DNA of 64,000 nt from Eledone cirrhosa. Taxonomy: Eukaryota. This document shows, piece after piece, positions 1 to 13,282 of the stretch. The stretch is taken from contig OZ024766.1 in NCBI GenBank assembly GCA_964016885.1, positions 9,548,001-9,612,000 on the forward strand, read 5' to 3'. The translations under genes were made by a program, and so were the position numbers. A model generated the notes under the pieces. It had not been told where the DNA came from. It searched no databases and saw only the letters and a list, made by a program, of their open reading frames with translations. Numbering within the stretch: position 1 is the stretch's first letter; every line of letters starts with the position of its first letter.

Positions 1-281
1 ATATATATGTGTGTGTATATATATGTGTGTGTATGTATGTGTGTATATATATGTATATGTTTGCGTGTGTATATATAATATATGTGTTTGTATATATATA
101 TATGTGTGTGTGTATATATATATATATATGTGTGTATATATATGTGTGTATATGTATGTGTGTATATATATGTATATGTTTGCGTGTGTATATATAATAT
201 ATGTGTGAGTGTATATATATATGTATATGTGTGTGTAGATATATATATGTATGTGTGTGTATATATGTGTGTATATATATA

Positions 282-312
<31 letters not shown>

Positions 313-515
313 GTATATGTGTATATATATGTTTGTGTGTGTGTATATATATGTATATGTTTGTGTGTATTTATATGTGTGTGTGTGTATATATAAATAT
401 ATATATGTGTGTGTATATATATATGTGTGTGTGTGTGTGTATATATGTATATGTTTGTGTGTGTATATATAGATATATGTATATGTGTGTGTATATATAT
501 ATGTATATGTGTGTG
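1..515. repeat. (TA)/(TG) compound microsatellite; others at 3760-4560 and 41580-42445
   Basis: Direct inspection. Confidence 0.97.
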
Positions 516-855
516 TCATCATCTTCATTGTTTAACGTCCATTTTCCATGCTTATATGGCTTAGATGAGATGGGTTGTCATGTTATGTGAAGAGTCAGGG
601 CTGGGGACCACGTCTTGCTCATAGGGATCTGTATTTTTCCATGCTTTCTGAAATTCTCCAACACTACGCCTGATATTCCCCCTCCTTATACATACATACA
701 ATGGTGTGTGTCTGTGTGTATATTATAACTCATACACTGTTAACTTCCCTCACATTTGTACATTATTCTATGTACTATACATGCACCTTTGATGAGTTGT
801 AGTGCACCTGAGCACTGTACATAATAATTTCCATTATCATATATATAAATATATA

Positions 856-1355
856 TATCATCAACACCGTTTTACGTCCGTTCTTCCACGCTAGCATGGG
901 TTAGACGGGTTGTCCTGTTGTGGGCAGTGTCTGGTTGGCTGACCATGCCTTGCTCATACAGGAACTGATTTTGGCTTGATTTCTACAGCTGGATGCCCTT
1001 CCTAACACCAACCTCATTTACAGTGAGTGCTGGGTGCTTTTTTTCCGTGGCGCCTACACGTCCACTTTACAGTGTGGGCTGGGTGCTTTATTGCTGTGGC
1101 ACCTCCACGACCACCTTGCAGTGGGAGGGTGTGGGGGCATATTGTCTATATGCTTCATCTTGAACCCATGGGAGGTCGGGGACTCTGTATTACTGCGTGA
1201 CGCCAGAGGTCACGGTCGTGTGTCATCGCCTTTGAGAGGTGTAATTGGGTAAGGTCAGCTTTTATCACCTCATCCCAGGTCTTCTTGGGTCTCCCCACTC
1301 CACGGTTACCATCGACTTCTAGTGCTCTGCACCTTTTTATGCAGCTGTCATCCTT
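856..1355 (-). mobile_element. RTE LINE 3' end fragment
   Basis: GRPKKTWDEVIKADL...DRDLWRHAV plus the shared RTE tail (gatgcccttcctaacaccaacc on +). Confidence 0.75.
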
Positions 1356-1581
1356 GTGTATATATATATATATATATATATGACTTCTAGTATATATATA
1401 TACGTACACATGTGTGTGTGTGTATATATATATATATTTATATTCATATATATATATATATATCTATATGCTAAGACAGACGGTTCCCTTGTTGTTGATT
1501 GGTGTTATGGAGGTCACCCTTTGATATAAATCCATCAATTTACCCCCTAATCTCTTTATCTATCTCTTCCCTTCCTCACAG

Positions 1582-1693
1582 GCACCAGAATTCACAGATT
1601 AGGGTCCATATCACCAAAACACACAACCTCCTTGAGAAAACCCAGAAACAGTACACCAATGTAGAAAAGGACTGTTACGAGGACGCCCACGAG
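1582..1693 (+). CDS. HAUS3: HAUS3 internal coding exon (first visible; upstream exons lie outside the window)
   Basis: Acceptor cttcctcacag|, donor |gtacgt; encodes HQNSQIRVHITKTHNLLEKTQKQYTNVEKDCYEDAHE; ends in phase 0, matching the next exon. Confidence 0.75.
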
Positions 1694-1767
1694 GTACGTA
1701 TATATAGTTATATATCATCGTCATGGTGACTGCGTCTCGCTCATATATATATATATATATATATATG

Positions 1768-2148
1768 GAGGCACATGGCTTAGTGGTTAGAGCACTGGCC
1801 TTGCAATCGAAAGGTTGTGAGTTCAATTCTCAGACCGGGTGATGTGTTGTTTCCTTGAGCAAGACACTTTATTTCACATTGCTCCAGTTTACTCAGCTGT
1901 AGAAATGAGATGATAGGGACTGGGGTCCCTATCATTCCACTGCAAAGTGGTCGTGGAGGTGCCACGGCAAAAAAGCACCCAGCACTCACTGTAAAGTGGA
2001 CGTGGAGGTGCCACAGCAAAAAAGCACCCACCACTCACTGTAAATGAGGTTGGTGTTAGGAAGGGCATCCAGCTGTAGAAATCAAGCCAGAATCAGTTCC
2101 CGTCCCACCCTTGCAAGCAGAGAAAAGCGGACGTAAAATGATGATGAT
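1768..2148 (+). mobile_element. tRNA-derived CORE-type SINE with RTE tail; copies at 12504-12848(+), 20508-20838(-), 43432-43752(+), 46363-47053(-), 52815-53142(-), partial 6100-6307(-) and 48330-48600(-)
   Basis: A box TGGCTTAGTGG, B box GTTCAATTC, CORE-like ccttgagcaagacactt, RTE-shared 3' end, (GAT)n. Confidence 0.85.
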
Positions 2149-2390
2149 ATATATATATATATATAATTGTTTCTACTTTTGGCACAAGGCCAGCAAATAC
2201 CCCAGTGTATTACTGGTACTTTATTTTATCGACCCCGTAAGGATGAAAGGCAAAGTTAACCTCGGCGGGATTTGAACTCAGAATGGCAAGGACCGTAACT
2301 CTATACGTCAAAGCATGGCATCCGACCCTCTACCTATACTGCCAATCCACCGGACTTATATATATATATATATATATATATAATGTGGAA

Positions 2391-2723
2391 ATTACATGAA
2401 ACAAAGTTCTGTTTAAATCATTTATTTGCTTACAATTGTTTCCTCCAAACCGAGGTTTGGATTCTTCGGAGCAATTATTTAGTGATTTTTTACATACTTG
2501 ACCTCCTTTTCAACACAAGAGACATATAGAAACATATGTATATATTGACCCACAGTGGGTTGACATCCATTATAATAATAATAATATAGCATGGCAATTT
2601 ACATACAAAATGTAAAAAATGTAAAAAATCACTAAAAAATTGCTCCAAAGACTCCAAACCTTGGTTTGGAAGAAACAATTGTAAGCAAATAAATGATTTA
2701 AACAGAACTTTGTTTCATGTAAT
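2391..2723. repeat. Inverted repeat, ~105-bp arms (2391-2495 and 2619-2723), containing the hammerhead variant
   Basis: attacatgaaacaaagttctgtttaaatc... mirrored. Confidence 0.88.
2426..2474 (-). ncRNA. Hammerhead variant with CCGAAGA core (U4C)
   Basis: Minus strand: ttgct CCGAAGA a-tccaaacc-tc-ggtttgga-g GAAA caattg ta agcaa; palindromic stem III, GUA triplet; degenerate inverted copy at 2640-2688. Confidence 0.6.
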
Positions 2724-2930
2724 CTCTATATAACTGCTCTGTAAAACAACTGATGTTGTTACATTGAGCTATTTATCTTACTGGTAATAAGATAGTAATA
2801 AATTACTGTCTTTCACTATTTAGGGTATAAAATATATATAACCATAAAAGGTTTTATTATATACATAACCATAAATAGTATCCTTAATACTATATATAAT
2901 GTGTGTGTATTTCTACTATTGCTACTCTAG

Positions 2931-3110
2931 ATGAACAAGACCATTCCAGATCTGTTGACCAGTGTCCAGTCTCTGTCAGACCAACTACGGCCAACCAAGG
3001 ACAGAAGCCATGTCCACTACTTCTCACACATCCCCTTGGCACATTACTACCAGGCCGAGGTGGACTTTGCCACTCAGATACACAACTACTTTAGGAAACA
3101 GTTTACTCAG
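2931..3110 (+). CDS. HAUS3: HAUS3 coding exon
   Basis: ctag| acceptor; [30 protein letters not shown] resembles recalled vertebrate HAUS3 FLSQFSLEKYLSQEEQSTAALTLYTKKQFFQ; donor CAG|GCAAGT (GC type). Confidence 0.88.
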
Positions 3111-3121
3111 GCAAGTAACTA

Positions 3122-3758
3122 GGTGTTGGTGTTGGTGGTATGGTTGTAGTGTTTGGAGTGGTTGTGGTGTTGATGGTGGTAGTGTTGGTGGTGGTGTGGT
3201 TGTAGTGTTGGGAGTGGTTGTGGTGGTGTGGTAGTGTTGGTGGTGGTATGGTTGTAGTGTTTGGAGTGGTTGTGGTGTTGGTGGTGGTATGGTTGTAGTG
3301 TTGGGAGTGGTTATGGTGGTGTGGTAGTGTTGGTGGTGGTATGGTTGTAGTGTTTGGAGTGGTTGTGGTGTTGGTGGTGGTGTGGTGTGGTGTTGGGAGT
3401 GGTTGTGGTGGTGTGGTAGTGTTGGTGGTGGTGTGGTGTTGATGGTGTGGTAGTGTTGGTGGTGGTGTGGCGGTGGTATGGTTGTAGTGTTGGTTGTGGT
3501 GGTGTGGTAGTGTTGGTGGTGGTGCGGTGTTGATGGTGTGGTAGTGTTGGTGGTATGGTTGTAGTGTTGGGAGTGGTGTGGTGTTGGTGGTGGTACGGTT
3601 GTAGTGTTGGGAGTGGTGTTGATGGTGTGGTAGTGTTGGTGGTGGTGTGGTGGTGGTATGGTTGTAGTGTTGGTTGTGGTGGTGTGGTTGTGTTGGTGGT
3701 GGTATGGTTGTAGTGTTGGGAGTGGTGTGGTACTGGTGTTGTTAATGTTGGTGGTGGT
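3122..3758 (+). repeat. GT-rich (GGT/GTGTT) low-complexity repeat
   Basis: Direct inspection. Confidence 0.93.
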
Positions 3759-4013
3759 ATGTATATGTATATATATATACATGTGTGTATATATGTATGT
3801 ATATGTATGTTTGTATATATATATATGTTTGTATATATATATGTATATATATATATGTATATATATATATGTATGTATATATATAAATGTATATATATGT
3901 ATGTATATATATATATGTATATATATGTATGTATATATATATATGTATATATATGTATGTATATATATATATATGTGTGTATATATATGTATATATATGT
4001 GTGTATATATATG

Positions 4014-4068
<55 letters not shown>

Positions 4069-4118
4069 ATATATATGTATGTATATATGTGTATGTATAT
4101 ATATGTATATATATGTAT

Positions 4119-4186
<68 letters not shown>

Positions 4187-4409
4187 GTATATATATATAT
4201 GTATGTATATATATATATGTATGTATATATATGTATATATATGTATGTATATATATGTATATATATGTATGTATATGTATATATATATATATATGTGTGT
4301 ATATATATATATATATGTATATGTGTGTATATATATGTATATATATGTATATGTATATGTATATGTATGTATATATATATATGTGTATATATAGGTATGT
4401 ATATGTATT

Positions 4410-4442
<33 letters not shown>

Positions 4443-4474
4443 ATATAGGTATGTATATATATGTATTTATATAT

Positions 4475-4505
<31 letters not shown>

Positions 4506-4601
4506 ATATATATATGTATGTATATATATACATGTTACATGTATATATGTGAATGTGTATAAATATTTATATATGCTTATATAAATATCTGTTGTTGATA
4601 G

Positions 4602-4756
4602 AGACTGGAGAATTTAGGGTCCTCCGACCCTTACAATAAAATCAAGAGCCGCTATGATTTACTTGGGATCTCCAGACCAGAGTGTTTCCTTATCCAGGGA
4701 CCAACCCAGGAAATATCCAACACGATCAACTTGCAGATTACACGGATACGGAACAT
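4602..4756 (+). CDS. HAUS3: HAUS3 coding exon (not in ORF track)
   Basis: gatag| ... |gtaag; RLENLGSSDPYNKIKSRYDLLGISRPECFLIQGPTQEISNTINLQITRIRN; phase 0 to phase 2 fits both neighbours. Confidence 0.8.
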
Positions 4757-4825
4757 GTAAGATATGCTTTTTTTCTCTTGTCTTCTTTGCTTCTATATAT
4801 ACATCATCATTATCCTTTTTATATA

Positions 4826-5895
4826 TGGGGTAGAAAGGGCCCCTGAGTCCAGTAAGACAACCTCCCTAGTGCTGGTGGCATGAATAAAAGCACCTAATTC
4901 ATGCTGTAAAATGGAGGGGTAGAGAGGGCCCCTGAGTCCTGTAAGACAACCTCTCTAGTGCTGGCGGCATGAATAAAAGCACCCAGTACTTGCTGTAAAA
5001 TGGAGGGGTAGAGAGGGCCCTTGAGTCCAGTAAGACAACCTCTCTAGTGCTGGTGGCATGAATAAAAGCACCCAGTCCTTGCTGTAAAGTGGAGGGGTAG
5101 AGAGGGCCCCTGAGTCCAGTAAGACAACCTCTCTAGTGCTGGTGGCATGAATAAAAGCACCCAGTCCATGCTGTAAAATGGAGGGGTAGAGAGGGCCCCT
5201 GAGTCCTGTAAGACAACCTCTCTAGTGCTGGTGGCATGAATAAAAGCACCCAGTCCATGCTGTAAAATGGAGGGGTAGAGAGGGCCCCTGAGTCCTGTAA
5301 GACAACCTCCCTAGTGCTGGTGGCATGAATAAAAGCACCTAATTCATGCTGTAAAATGGAGGGGTAGAGAGGGCCCCTGAGTCCTGTAAGACAACCTCTC
5401 TAGTGCTGGTGGCATGAATAAAAGCACCTAATTCATGCTGTAAAATGGAGGGGTAGAGAGGGCCCCTGAGTCCAGTAAGACAACCTCTCTAGTGCTGGTG
5501 GCATGAATAAAAGCACCCAGTCCTTGCTGTAAAATGGAGGGGTTGATAGGGCCCCTGAGTCCAGTAAGACAACCTCTCTAGTGCTGGTGGAACGAATAAA
5601 AGCACCCAGTCCATGCTGTAAAGTGGAGGGGTAGAGAGGGCCCCTGAGTCCAGTAAGACAACCTCTCTAGTGCTGGTGGCATGAATAAAAGCACCCAGTC
5701 CTTGCTGTAAAGTGGAGGGGTAGAGAGGGCCCCTGAGTCCAGTAAGACAACCTCTCTAGTGCTGGTGGCACGAATAAAAGCACCCAGTCCTTGCTGTAAA
5801 ATGGAGAGGTAGAGAGGGCCCCTGGAGTCCAGTAAGACAACCTCTCTAGTGCTGGTGGCACGAATAAAAGCATCCAGTCCATGCTGTAAAGTGGT
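4826..5895 (+). repeat. 89-bp minisatellite, ~12 units, running into an RTE tail
   Basis: tgctgtaaa recurs at 4902, 4991, 5080... Confidence 0.92.
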
Positions 5896-6335
5896 GCTGG
5901 TGTTAGGAAAGGCATCCGACCAGTATATATACTACTGCCAAACAATTATGAGCACAACAGACACGTATTGCAGTCTGAAGCTCACAGAGGAGATGACGAA
6001 GGACTGTGACGAATGGTGAGATGCTGTGCTGAATAGGACCCGTCCCACCCTTGCAAGCAGGGAAAAGCGGATATAAAATGATGAGGATCATCATCATCAT
6101 CATTTTACGTCCGCTTTTTCCCTGCTTGCAAGGGTGGGACGGGAACTGATTCTGGCTTGATTTCTACAGCTGGATGCCCTTCCTAACACCAACCTCATTT
6201 ACAGTGAGTGCTGGGTGCTTTTTTGCCGTGGCACCTCCACGACCACTTTGCAGTGGAATGATAGGGACCCCAGTCCCTATCATCTCATTTCTACAGCTGA
6301 GTAAACTGTATATATAAACTGATGATGATGATATA

Positions 6336-6840
6336 TCATCATCATCATTTTACGTCAGCTTTTCCCTGCTTGCAAGAGTAGGACGGGTCCTATTCAGCAC
6401 AGCATCTTTCCATTCGTCACGGTCCTTTGCTGAAACTCACAGAGATGACAATCTGAGGTCTGCTCTCACCACCTCCACCCATGTCTTTCGTGGTCTTCCT
6501 CTACTGCATCTTCCTTCTACTGCAATCTCTTAGCATCTCTTTACCCAGCGGTCATCCTCCATGTGCACCACATGTCCATACCAACACAGTCTTCTCTCCC
6601 GCACAACACAACTTATCCCTCTTATACACAGTTTCTCTCTCTCACCACCTCCACCCATGTCTTTCGTGGTCTTCCTCTACTGCATCTTCCTTCTACTGCA
6701 ATCTCTTAGCATCTCTTTACCCAGCGGTCATCCTCCATGTGCACCACATGTCCATACCAACACAGTCTTCTCTCCCGCACAACACAACTTATCCCTCTTA
6801 TACACAGTTTCTCTCTCAACTCATCCACACTTGGTCACTC
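6336..6840 (-). mobile_element. RTE LINE 3' fragment with a 176-bp internal tandem duplication
   Basis: Reverse complement of the 31540-31900 family; 6561 and 6737 are offset by 176 bp. Confidence 0.75.
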
Positions 6841-6935
6841 ACACACACATGCATACACACACACACATGCATACACACACACATACAATCACACACACAT
6901 ATCATATGTCTTCGGTGGTTTCATTTTCTAATTAG

Positions 6936-7067
6936 CTACCTGAAAAACAAGGAGTCATTAGCCAGTGCCAAGATGAAACATGCTGAATTATCAGAGTCTG
7001 TGGGTGCCATAGACAAGATTTTAGCAGCTCTGCGTGAGAGGAAAACCAGTTGGATATCTCAAGCCAT
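6936..7067 (+). CDS. HAUS3: HAUS3 coding exon
   Basis: attag| ... |gtaag; YLKNKESLASAKMKHAELSESVGAIDKILAALRERKTSWISQA; phase 2/2; coiled-coil character. Confidence 0.85.
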
Positions 7068-7198
7068 GTAAGTTCTGATTTCTAGTCTCTGTTTTCTATC
7101 CCGGTTTAAAAAACTTTTTCACCACCACCACATATAGATATAGACAGATAGATTAACAGTAATACCACCACCACCAACGCTGCCATCATATATTTCAG

Positions 7199-7376
7199 GC
7201 TTGTGGATAAGAACAAGAAACTCCAGTCAAATGCAGGGACCCTAAAAGAGCTATTTGAAAACAAACTGAGGCCTCTTATCCAGCAGACGAAATGTCTCCA
7301 AGAGACCCAGATTTTAGATTGTTATTGTGACCTGAAGATAGCCAGACAGGAGCACCACCTTGATAAATTGAACCAG
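7199..7376 (+). CDS. HAUS3: HAUS3 coding exon
   Basis: tttcag| ... |gtaag; ILDCYCDLKIARQEHHL matches recalled HAUS3 motif VVKGDFDLQIAKQDYY. Confidence 0.92.
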
Positions 7377-7928
7377 GTAAGAACATATCTATTACTCGTT
7401 TTGTTTTACCTGGTTTCATTTTGTTTTGAATATTTTTCATTGTTCATTCTTTAGCATTTACATTACTCTATATATACTATTGTATTTTCATAGTAAAGGC
7501 TTTACCTCACATAATACCTCACATAACATTTACATTACTCTATATATACTATTGTATTTTCACAGTAAAGGCTTTACCTCACATAATATCTCACATAACA
7601 TTTACATTACTCTATATATACTATTGTATTTTCATAGTAAAGGCTTTACCTCACATAATATCTCACATAACATTTACATTACTCTATATATACTATTGTA
7701 TTGTCACAGTAAAGGCTTTACCTCACATAATACCTCACATAACATTTACATTACTCTATATATACTATTGTATTTTCATAGTAAAGGCTTTACCTCACAT
7801 AATATCTCACATAACATTTACATTACTCTATATATACTATTGTATTTTCACAGTAAAGGCTTTACCTCACATAATACCTCACATAACATCTACATTACTC
7901 TATATATTCTATTCTCTACTACGTGCAG

Positions 7929-8081
7929 GTCTTGGAACAGGTGTTGTTACAGAAAGCTCGACATAAATTCGTCACAAAGTGTTGCCAGGTAGAGGATGAA
8001 GGCCACCACACCACTCATTTCCTGCTCACCTCAGTAAAGATGGCACTGAGTGCCATGAAAGACGAGAGCCAAGCAAGACAG
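7929..8081 (+). CDS. HAUS3: HAUS3 coding exon
   Basis: gcag| ... |gtgagg; VLEQVLLQKARHKFVTKCCQVEDEGH resembles VLNQLIKQKASFELLQLSYEIELRKH. Confidence 0.92.
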
Positions 8082-8293
8082 GTGAGGTGGGGACAAAAAG
8101 GTGGCGTAGGGAGGGGGTATTTTTTTTTATTTTATTTACTTTTTTCATCTAACCCTTTTTAGATATGATGGAGTAGGTAGTGAACTGCTGGCCTTGTGCC
8201 AAAAAGTAGAAACAATTATGTTATGTTACAAATGCAAGCGCTTCTGCACAGATATATATATATATCCTGTATTATGTTATGTTCCAAACACAG

Positions 8294-8393
8294 GCCCTCC
8301 TGGATAGCTTCAGTGCTACCAGTGTAGAAACCAGCAACGCAATGTCTTACAAGAATAAATTCCTGAAAAACGTTAAGACCATCCTCACCACAC
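8294..8393 (+). CDS. HAUS3: HAUS3 coding exon
   Basis: acacag| ... |gtaag; ALLDSFSATSVETSNAMSYKNKFLKNVKTILTT; phase 0/1. Confidence 0.85.
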
Positions 8394-8496
8394 GTAAGTT
8401 TGTCTTATTCCTTGTGGAAGGGCATGGCTGGACTGGTGTCCTCCTCCTTCTCTTTAGCTTCTTCTATCTTGTTTGAAAACTTTACAACTTAGGTGT

Positions 8497-11400
8497 AGTG
8501 TATCTAGGACTACATTATCTAATGTGTCCTGTCTTATATACAGACACAGTGTATCTAGGACTACATTATCTAATGTGTCCTGTCTTATATACAGACACAG
8601 TGTATCTAGGACTACATTATCTAATGTGTCCTGTCTTATATACAGACACAGTCTATCTAGGACTACATTATCTAATGTGTCCTGTCTTATATACAGACAC
8701 AGTGTATCGAGGACTACATTATCTAATGTGTCCTGTCTTATATACAGACACAGTGTATCTAGGACTACATTATCTAATGTGTCCTGTCTTATATACAGAC
8801 ACAGTGTATCTAGGACTACATTGTCTAATGTGTCCTGTCTTATATACAGACACAGTCTATCTAGGACTACATTATCTAATGTGTCCTGTCTTATATACAG
8901 ACACAGTGTATCTAGGACTACATTATCTAATGTGTCCTGTCTTATATACAGACACAGTGTATCTAGGACTACATTATCTAATGTGTCCTGTCTTATATAC
9001 AGACACAGTGTACCTAGGACTACATTATCTAATGTGTCCTGTCTTATATACAGACACAGTGTATCTAGGACTACATTATCTAATGTGTCCTGTCTTATAT
9101 ACAGACACAGTCTACCTAGGACTACATTATCTAATGTGTCCTGTCTTATATACAGACACAGTCTATCTAGGACTACATTATCTAATGTGTCCTGTCTTAT
9201 ATACAGACACAGTCTACCTAGGACTACATTATCTAATGTGTCCTGTCTTATATACAGACACAGTGTATCTAGGACTACATTATCTAATGTGTCCTGTCTT
9301 ATATACAGACACAGTCTACCTAGGACTACATTATCTAATGTGTCCTGTCTTATATACAGACACAGTGTACCTAGGACTACATTATCTAATGTGTCCTGTC
9401 TTATATACAGACACAGTGTATCTAGGACTACATTATCTAATGTGTCCTGTCTTATATACAGACACAGTGTATCTAGGACTACATTATCTAATGTGTCCTG
9501 TCTTATATACAGACACAGTGTACCTAGGACTACATTATCTAATGTGTCCTGTCTTATACACAGGGTGGTGGCTTGGCAGTATCGGTAGAGGGTCGGACGC
9601 CATGCTTTCCAGCATAGTTACGTCCCTTTGCGGTCTGAGTTCAAATCCCACCGAGGTTAACTTTGCCTTTCATCCTTACGGGGTCGATAAAATAAAGTAC
9701 CAGTAATGCACTGGGTAATTGATGGCCTTGTGCCAAAAGTAGAAACAATTATCTAATGTGTCCTGTCTTTTATTTAGACACAGTGTATCTAGGACTACAT
9801 TATCTAATGTGTCCTGTCTTATATACAGACACAGTGTATCTAGGACTACATTATCTAATGTGTCCTGTCTTATATACAGACACAATGTATCTAGGACTAC
9901 ATTATCTAATGTGTCCAGTCTTATATACAGACACAGTGTATCTAGGACTACATTATCTAATGTGTCCTGTCTTATATACAGACACAGTCTATCTAGAACT
10001 ACATTATCTAATGTGTCCTGTCTTATATACAGACACAGTGTATCTAGGACTACATTATCTAATGTGTCCTGTCTTATATACAGACACAGTGTACCTAGGA
10101 CTACACTATCTAATGTGTCCTGTCTTATATACAGACACAGTCTATCTAGGACTACATTATCTAATGTGTCCTGTCTTATATACAGACACAGTGTACCTAG
10201 GACTACAATATCTAATGTGTCCTGTCTTATATACAGACACAGTGTACCTAGGACTACATTATCTAATGTGTCCTGTCTTATATACAGACACAGTGTATCT
10301 AGGACTACAATATCTAATGTATCCTGTCTTATATACAGACACAGTGTATCTAGGACTACATTATCTAATTTGTCCTGTCTTGTTTACAGGCACAGTGTAT
10401 CTAGGACTACATTATCTAATGTGTCCTGTCTTATATACAGACACAGTCTATCTAGGACTACATTATCTAATGTGTCCTGTCTTTTATTTAGACACAGTAT
10501 ATCTAGGACTATATTATCTAATGTGTCCTGTCTTATATACAGACACAGTGTATTTAGGACTACATTATCTAATGTGTCCTGTCTTATATACAGACACAGT
10601 GTATCTAGGACTACATTATCTAATGTGTCCTGTCTTTTATTTAGACACAGTATATCTAGGACTATATTATCTAATGTGTCCTGTCTTATATACAGACACA
10701 GTGTATTTAGGACTACATTATCTAATGTGTCCTGTCTTATATACAGACACAGTGTATCTAGGACTACATTATCTAATGTGTCCTGTCTTTTATTTAGACA
10801 CAGTATATCTAGGACTATATTATCTAATGTGTCCTGTCTTATATACAGACACAGTGTATTTAGGACTACATTATCTAATGTGTCCTGTCTTATATACAGA
10901 CACAGTGTATCTAGGACTACATTATCTAATGTGTCCTGTCTTATATACTGACACAGTCTACCTAGAACTACATTATCTAATGTGTCCTGTCTTTTATTTA
11001 GACACAGTGTATCTAGGACTATATTATCTAATGTGTCCTGTCTTATATACAGACACAGTCTATCTAGGACTACATTATCTAATGTGTCCTGTCTTTTATT
11101 TAGACACAGTGTATCTAGGACTACATTATCTAATGTGTCCTGTCTTTTATACAGACACAGTCTACCTAAGACTACATTATCTAATGTGTCCTGTCTTATA
11201 TACAGACACAGTGTATCTAGGACTACATTATCTAATGTGTCCTGTCTTATATACAGACACAGTGTACCTAGGACTACATTATCTAATGTGTCCTGTCTTA
11301 TATACAGACACAGTCTACCTAGAACTACATTATCTAATGTGTCCTGTCTTTTATTTAGACACAGTGTATCTAGGACTACATTATCTAATGTGTCCTGTCT

Positions 11401-11966
11401 TTTATACAGACACAGTCTACCTAAGACTACATTATCTAATGTGTCCTGTCTTATATACAGACACAGTGTATCTAGGACTACATTATCTAATGTGTCCTGT
11501 CTTATATACAGACACAGTGTACCTAGGACTACATTATCTAATGTGTCCTGTCTTATATATAGACACAGTGTATCTAGGACTACATTATCTAATGTGTCCT
11601 GTCTTATATACAGACACAGTCTACCTAGGACTACAGTATCTTATGTGTCCTGTCTTATATACAGACACAGTGTATCTAGGACTACATTATCTAATGTGTC
11701 CTGTCATATATACAGACACAGTGTATCTAGGACTACATTATCTAATGTGTCCTGTCTTATATACAGACACAGTGTATCTAGGACTACATTATCTTATGTG
11801 TCCTGTCTTATATACAGACACAGTGTATCTAGGACTACATTATCTAATGTGTCCTGTCTTATATACAGACACAGTCTACCTAGGACTACATTATCTTATG
11901 TGTCCTGTCTTATATACAGACACAGTGTATCTAGGACTACATTATCTAATGTGTCCTGTCTTATAT
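8497..11966 (+). repeat. 51-bp minisatellite, ~64 units, interrupted by a SINE at 9563-9750
   Basis: Unit gtgtatctaggactacattatctaatgtgtcctgtcttatatacagacaca; 17-aa periodic ORFs. Confidence 0.97.
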
Positions 11967-11971
11967 TTCAG

Positions 11972-12128
11972 CTGTAATGGATGATGGCAGTGATCAGGTC
12001 AACGACACATTCTACATAGACGCAACCATGATGAAGGCCTCAGCGCAGTCACTGAATGAGACCGCCGCTGCATGTGTTAAGGACACATACAAACTGGAGG
12101 TGCAGCGCGAACTGAGGTTGCAGAAAAT
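11972..12128 (+). CDS. HAUS3: HAUS3 coding exon (not in ORF track)
   Basis: tttcag| ... |gtaag; PVMDDGSDQVNDTFYIDATMMKASAQSLNETAAACVKDTYKLEVQRELRLQK; phase 1/2. Confidence 0.85.
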
Positions 12129-12157
12129 GTAAGTAGATGCACGTATGTGTCTGTGTG

Positions 12158-12196
<39 letters not shown>

Positions 12197-13007
12197 TGCC
12201 CCCTCGTTATCGAGTATGGCCATTGCAAGATATACCATTATTAATAATTATTAATTCTATCGTGCAATGGCTGTGCGTGAAGATATTTCTTAAAGTGAGG
12301 AAAGACTGTGCACTGAGCCAATCCCACTCTCTGAGAGACAGTAGCTATAACCTGAAAAGAAGAAAAGATCAACATCATCAGTAACTACTGAGCTGCAGGT
12401 TTTATATCAGAGTTATCCCAGTTTCCTGAGTTGCCTTCTCCTAGAAGAATGCCCTGACAAAGGCTAGGGGTCCTTCACACACACACATATATATATATAT
12501 GTAGAGGCACATAGCTTAGTGGTTAGAGCATTGGCCTTGCAATCGAAAGGTTGTGAGTTCAATTCTCAGACCGGGTGATGTGTTGTTTCCTTGAGCAAGA
12601 CACTTTATTTTACATTGCTCCAGTTTACTCAGCTGTAGAAATGAGATGATAAGGACTGGGGTCCCTATCATTCCACTGCAAAGTGGTCGTGGAGGTGCCA
12701 CGGCAAGAAAGATACCCAGCACTCACTGTAAATGAGGTTGGTGTTAGGAAGGGCATCCAGCTGTAGAAATCAAGCCAGGATCAGTTCCCGTCCCATCCTT
12801 GCAAGCAGGGAAAAAGCGGGACGTAAAATGACGGTGAAAATGACGATGGTAAATAGGAAAAGAGTCAGGACCCCGACGGCTGAGCTCCGGCCATTTCGAC
12901 AGCTAGATCTGAACTAACCCATATATATATATATGTCCCTTTCTCATCTCTGCCTCTATATAACCATCATTAACATATCATTCTCTGTCTCTCTCTCTCC
13001 CTCCCAG

Positions 13008-13191
13008 GAACACCACCATCCAGAAAGGTATTCAACACCTGTACTGTGACCCCCAAGTCCAGCCAACCCCTGGCACCGCCGTACCAGTCATACCACGCCA
13101 CGTTGAAGAAACCCTATCAAAGCTCAAAGACAACCTAGCCCTCCTCTACAAGGAGCTGGAATCCATTGATTTTGAATTTAAAAACCAAAAG
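13008..13191 (+). CDS. HAUS3: HAUS3 coding exon (not in ORF track)
   Basis: Long pyrimidine tract ctcccag| ... |gtgag; NTTIQKGIQHLYCDPQ...LYKELESIDFEFKNQK; phase 2/0. Confidence 0.88.
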
Positions 13192-13282
13192 GTGAGTCTC
13201 TGCTTTGCTTAATATATGTGTATATATATATATTTATATATATAGAGATTACAATAATCAAAGTTCAGTTTAAGTCATTTAT

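Noticed and set aside
1768-1845. tRNA gene
   Set aside because: A and B boxes are present but there is no convincing cloverleaf, and it continues into a multi-copy SINE body.
3024-3782. His/Thr/Pro-rich 252-aa ORF on -
   Set aside because: Antisense reading of a GGT-rich simple repeat in a HAUS3 intron.
8473-11984. Long ORFs of 331-742 aa with 17-aa periodicity
   Set aside because: 51-bp intronic minisatellite open in two frames; no protein features.
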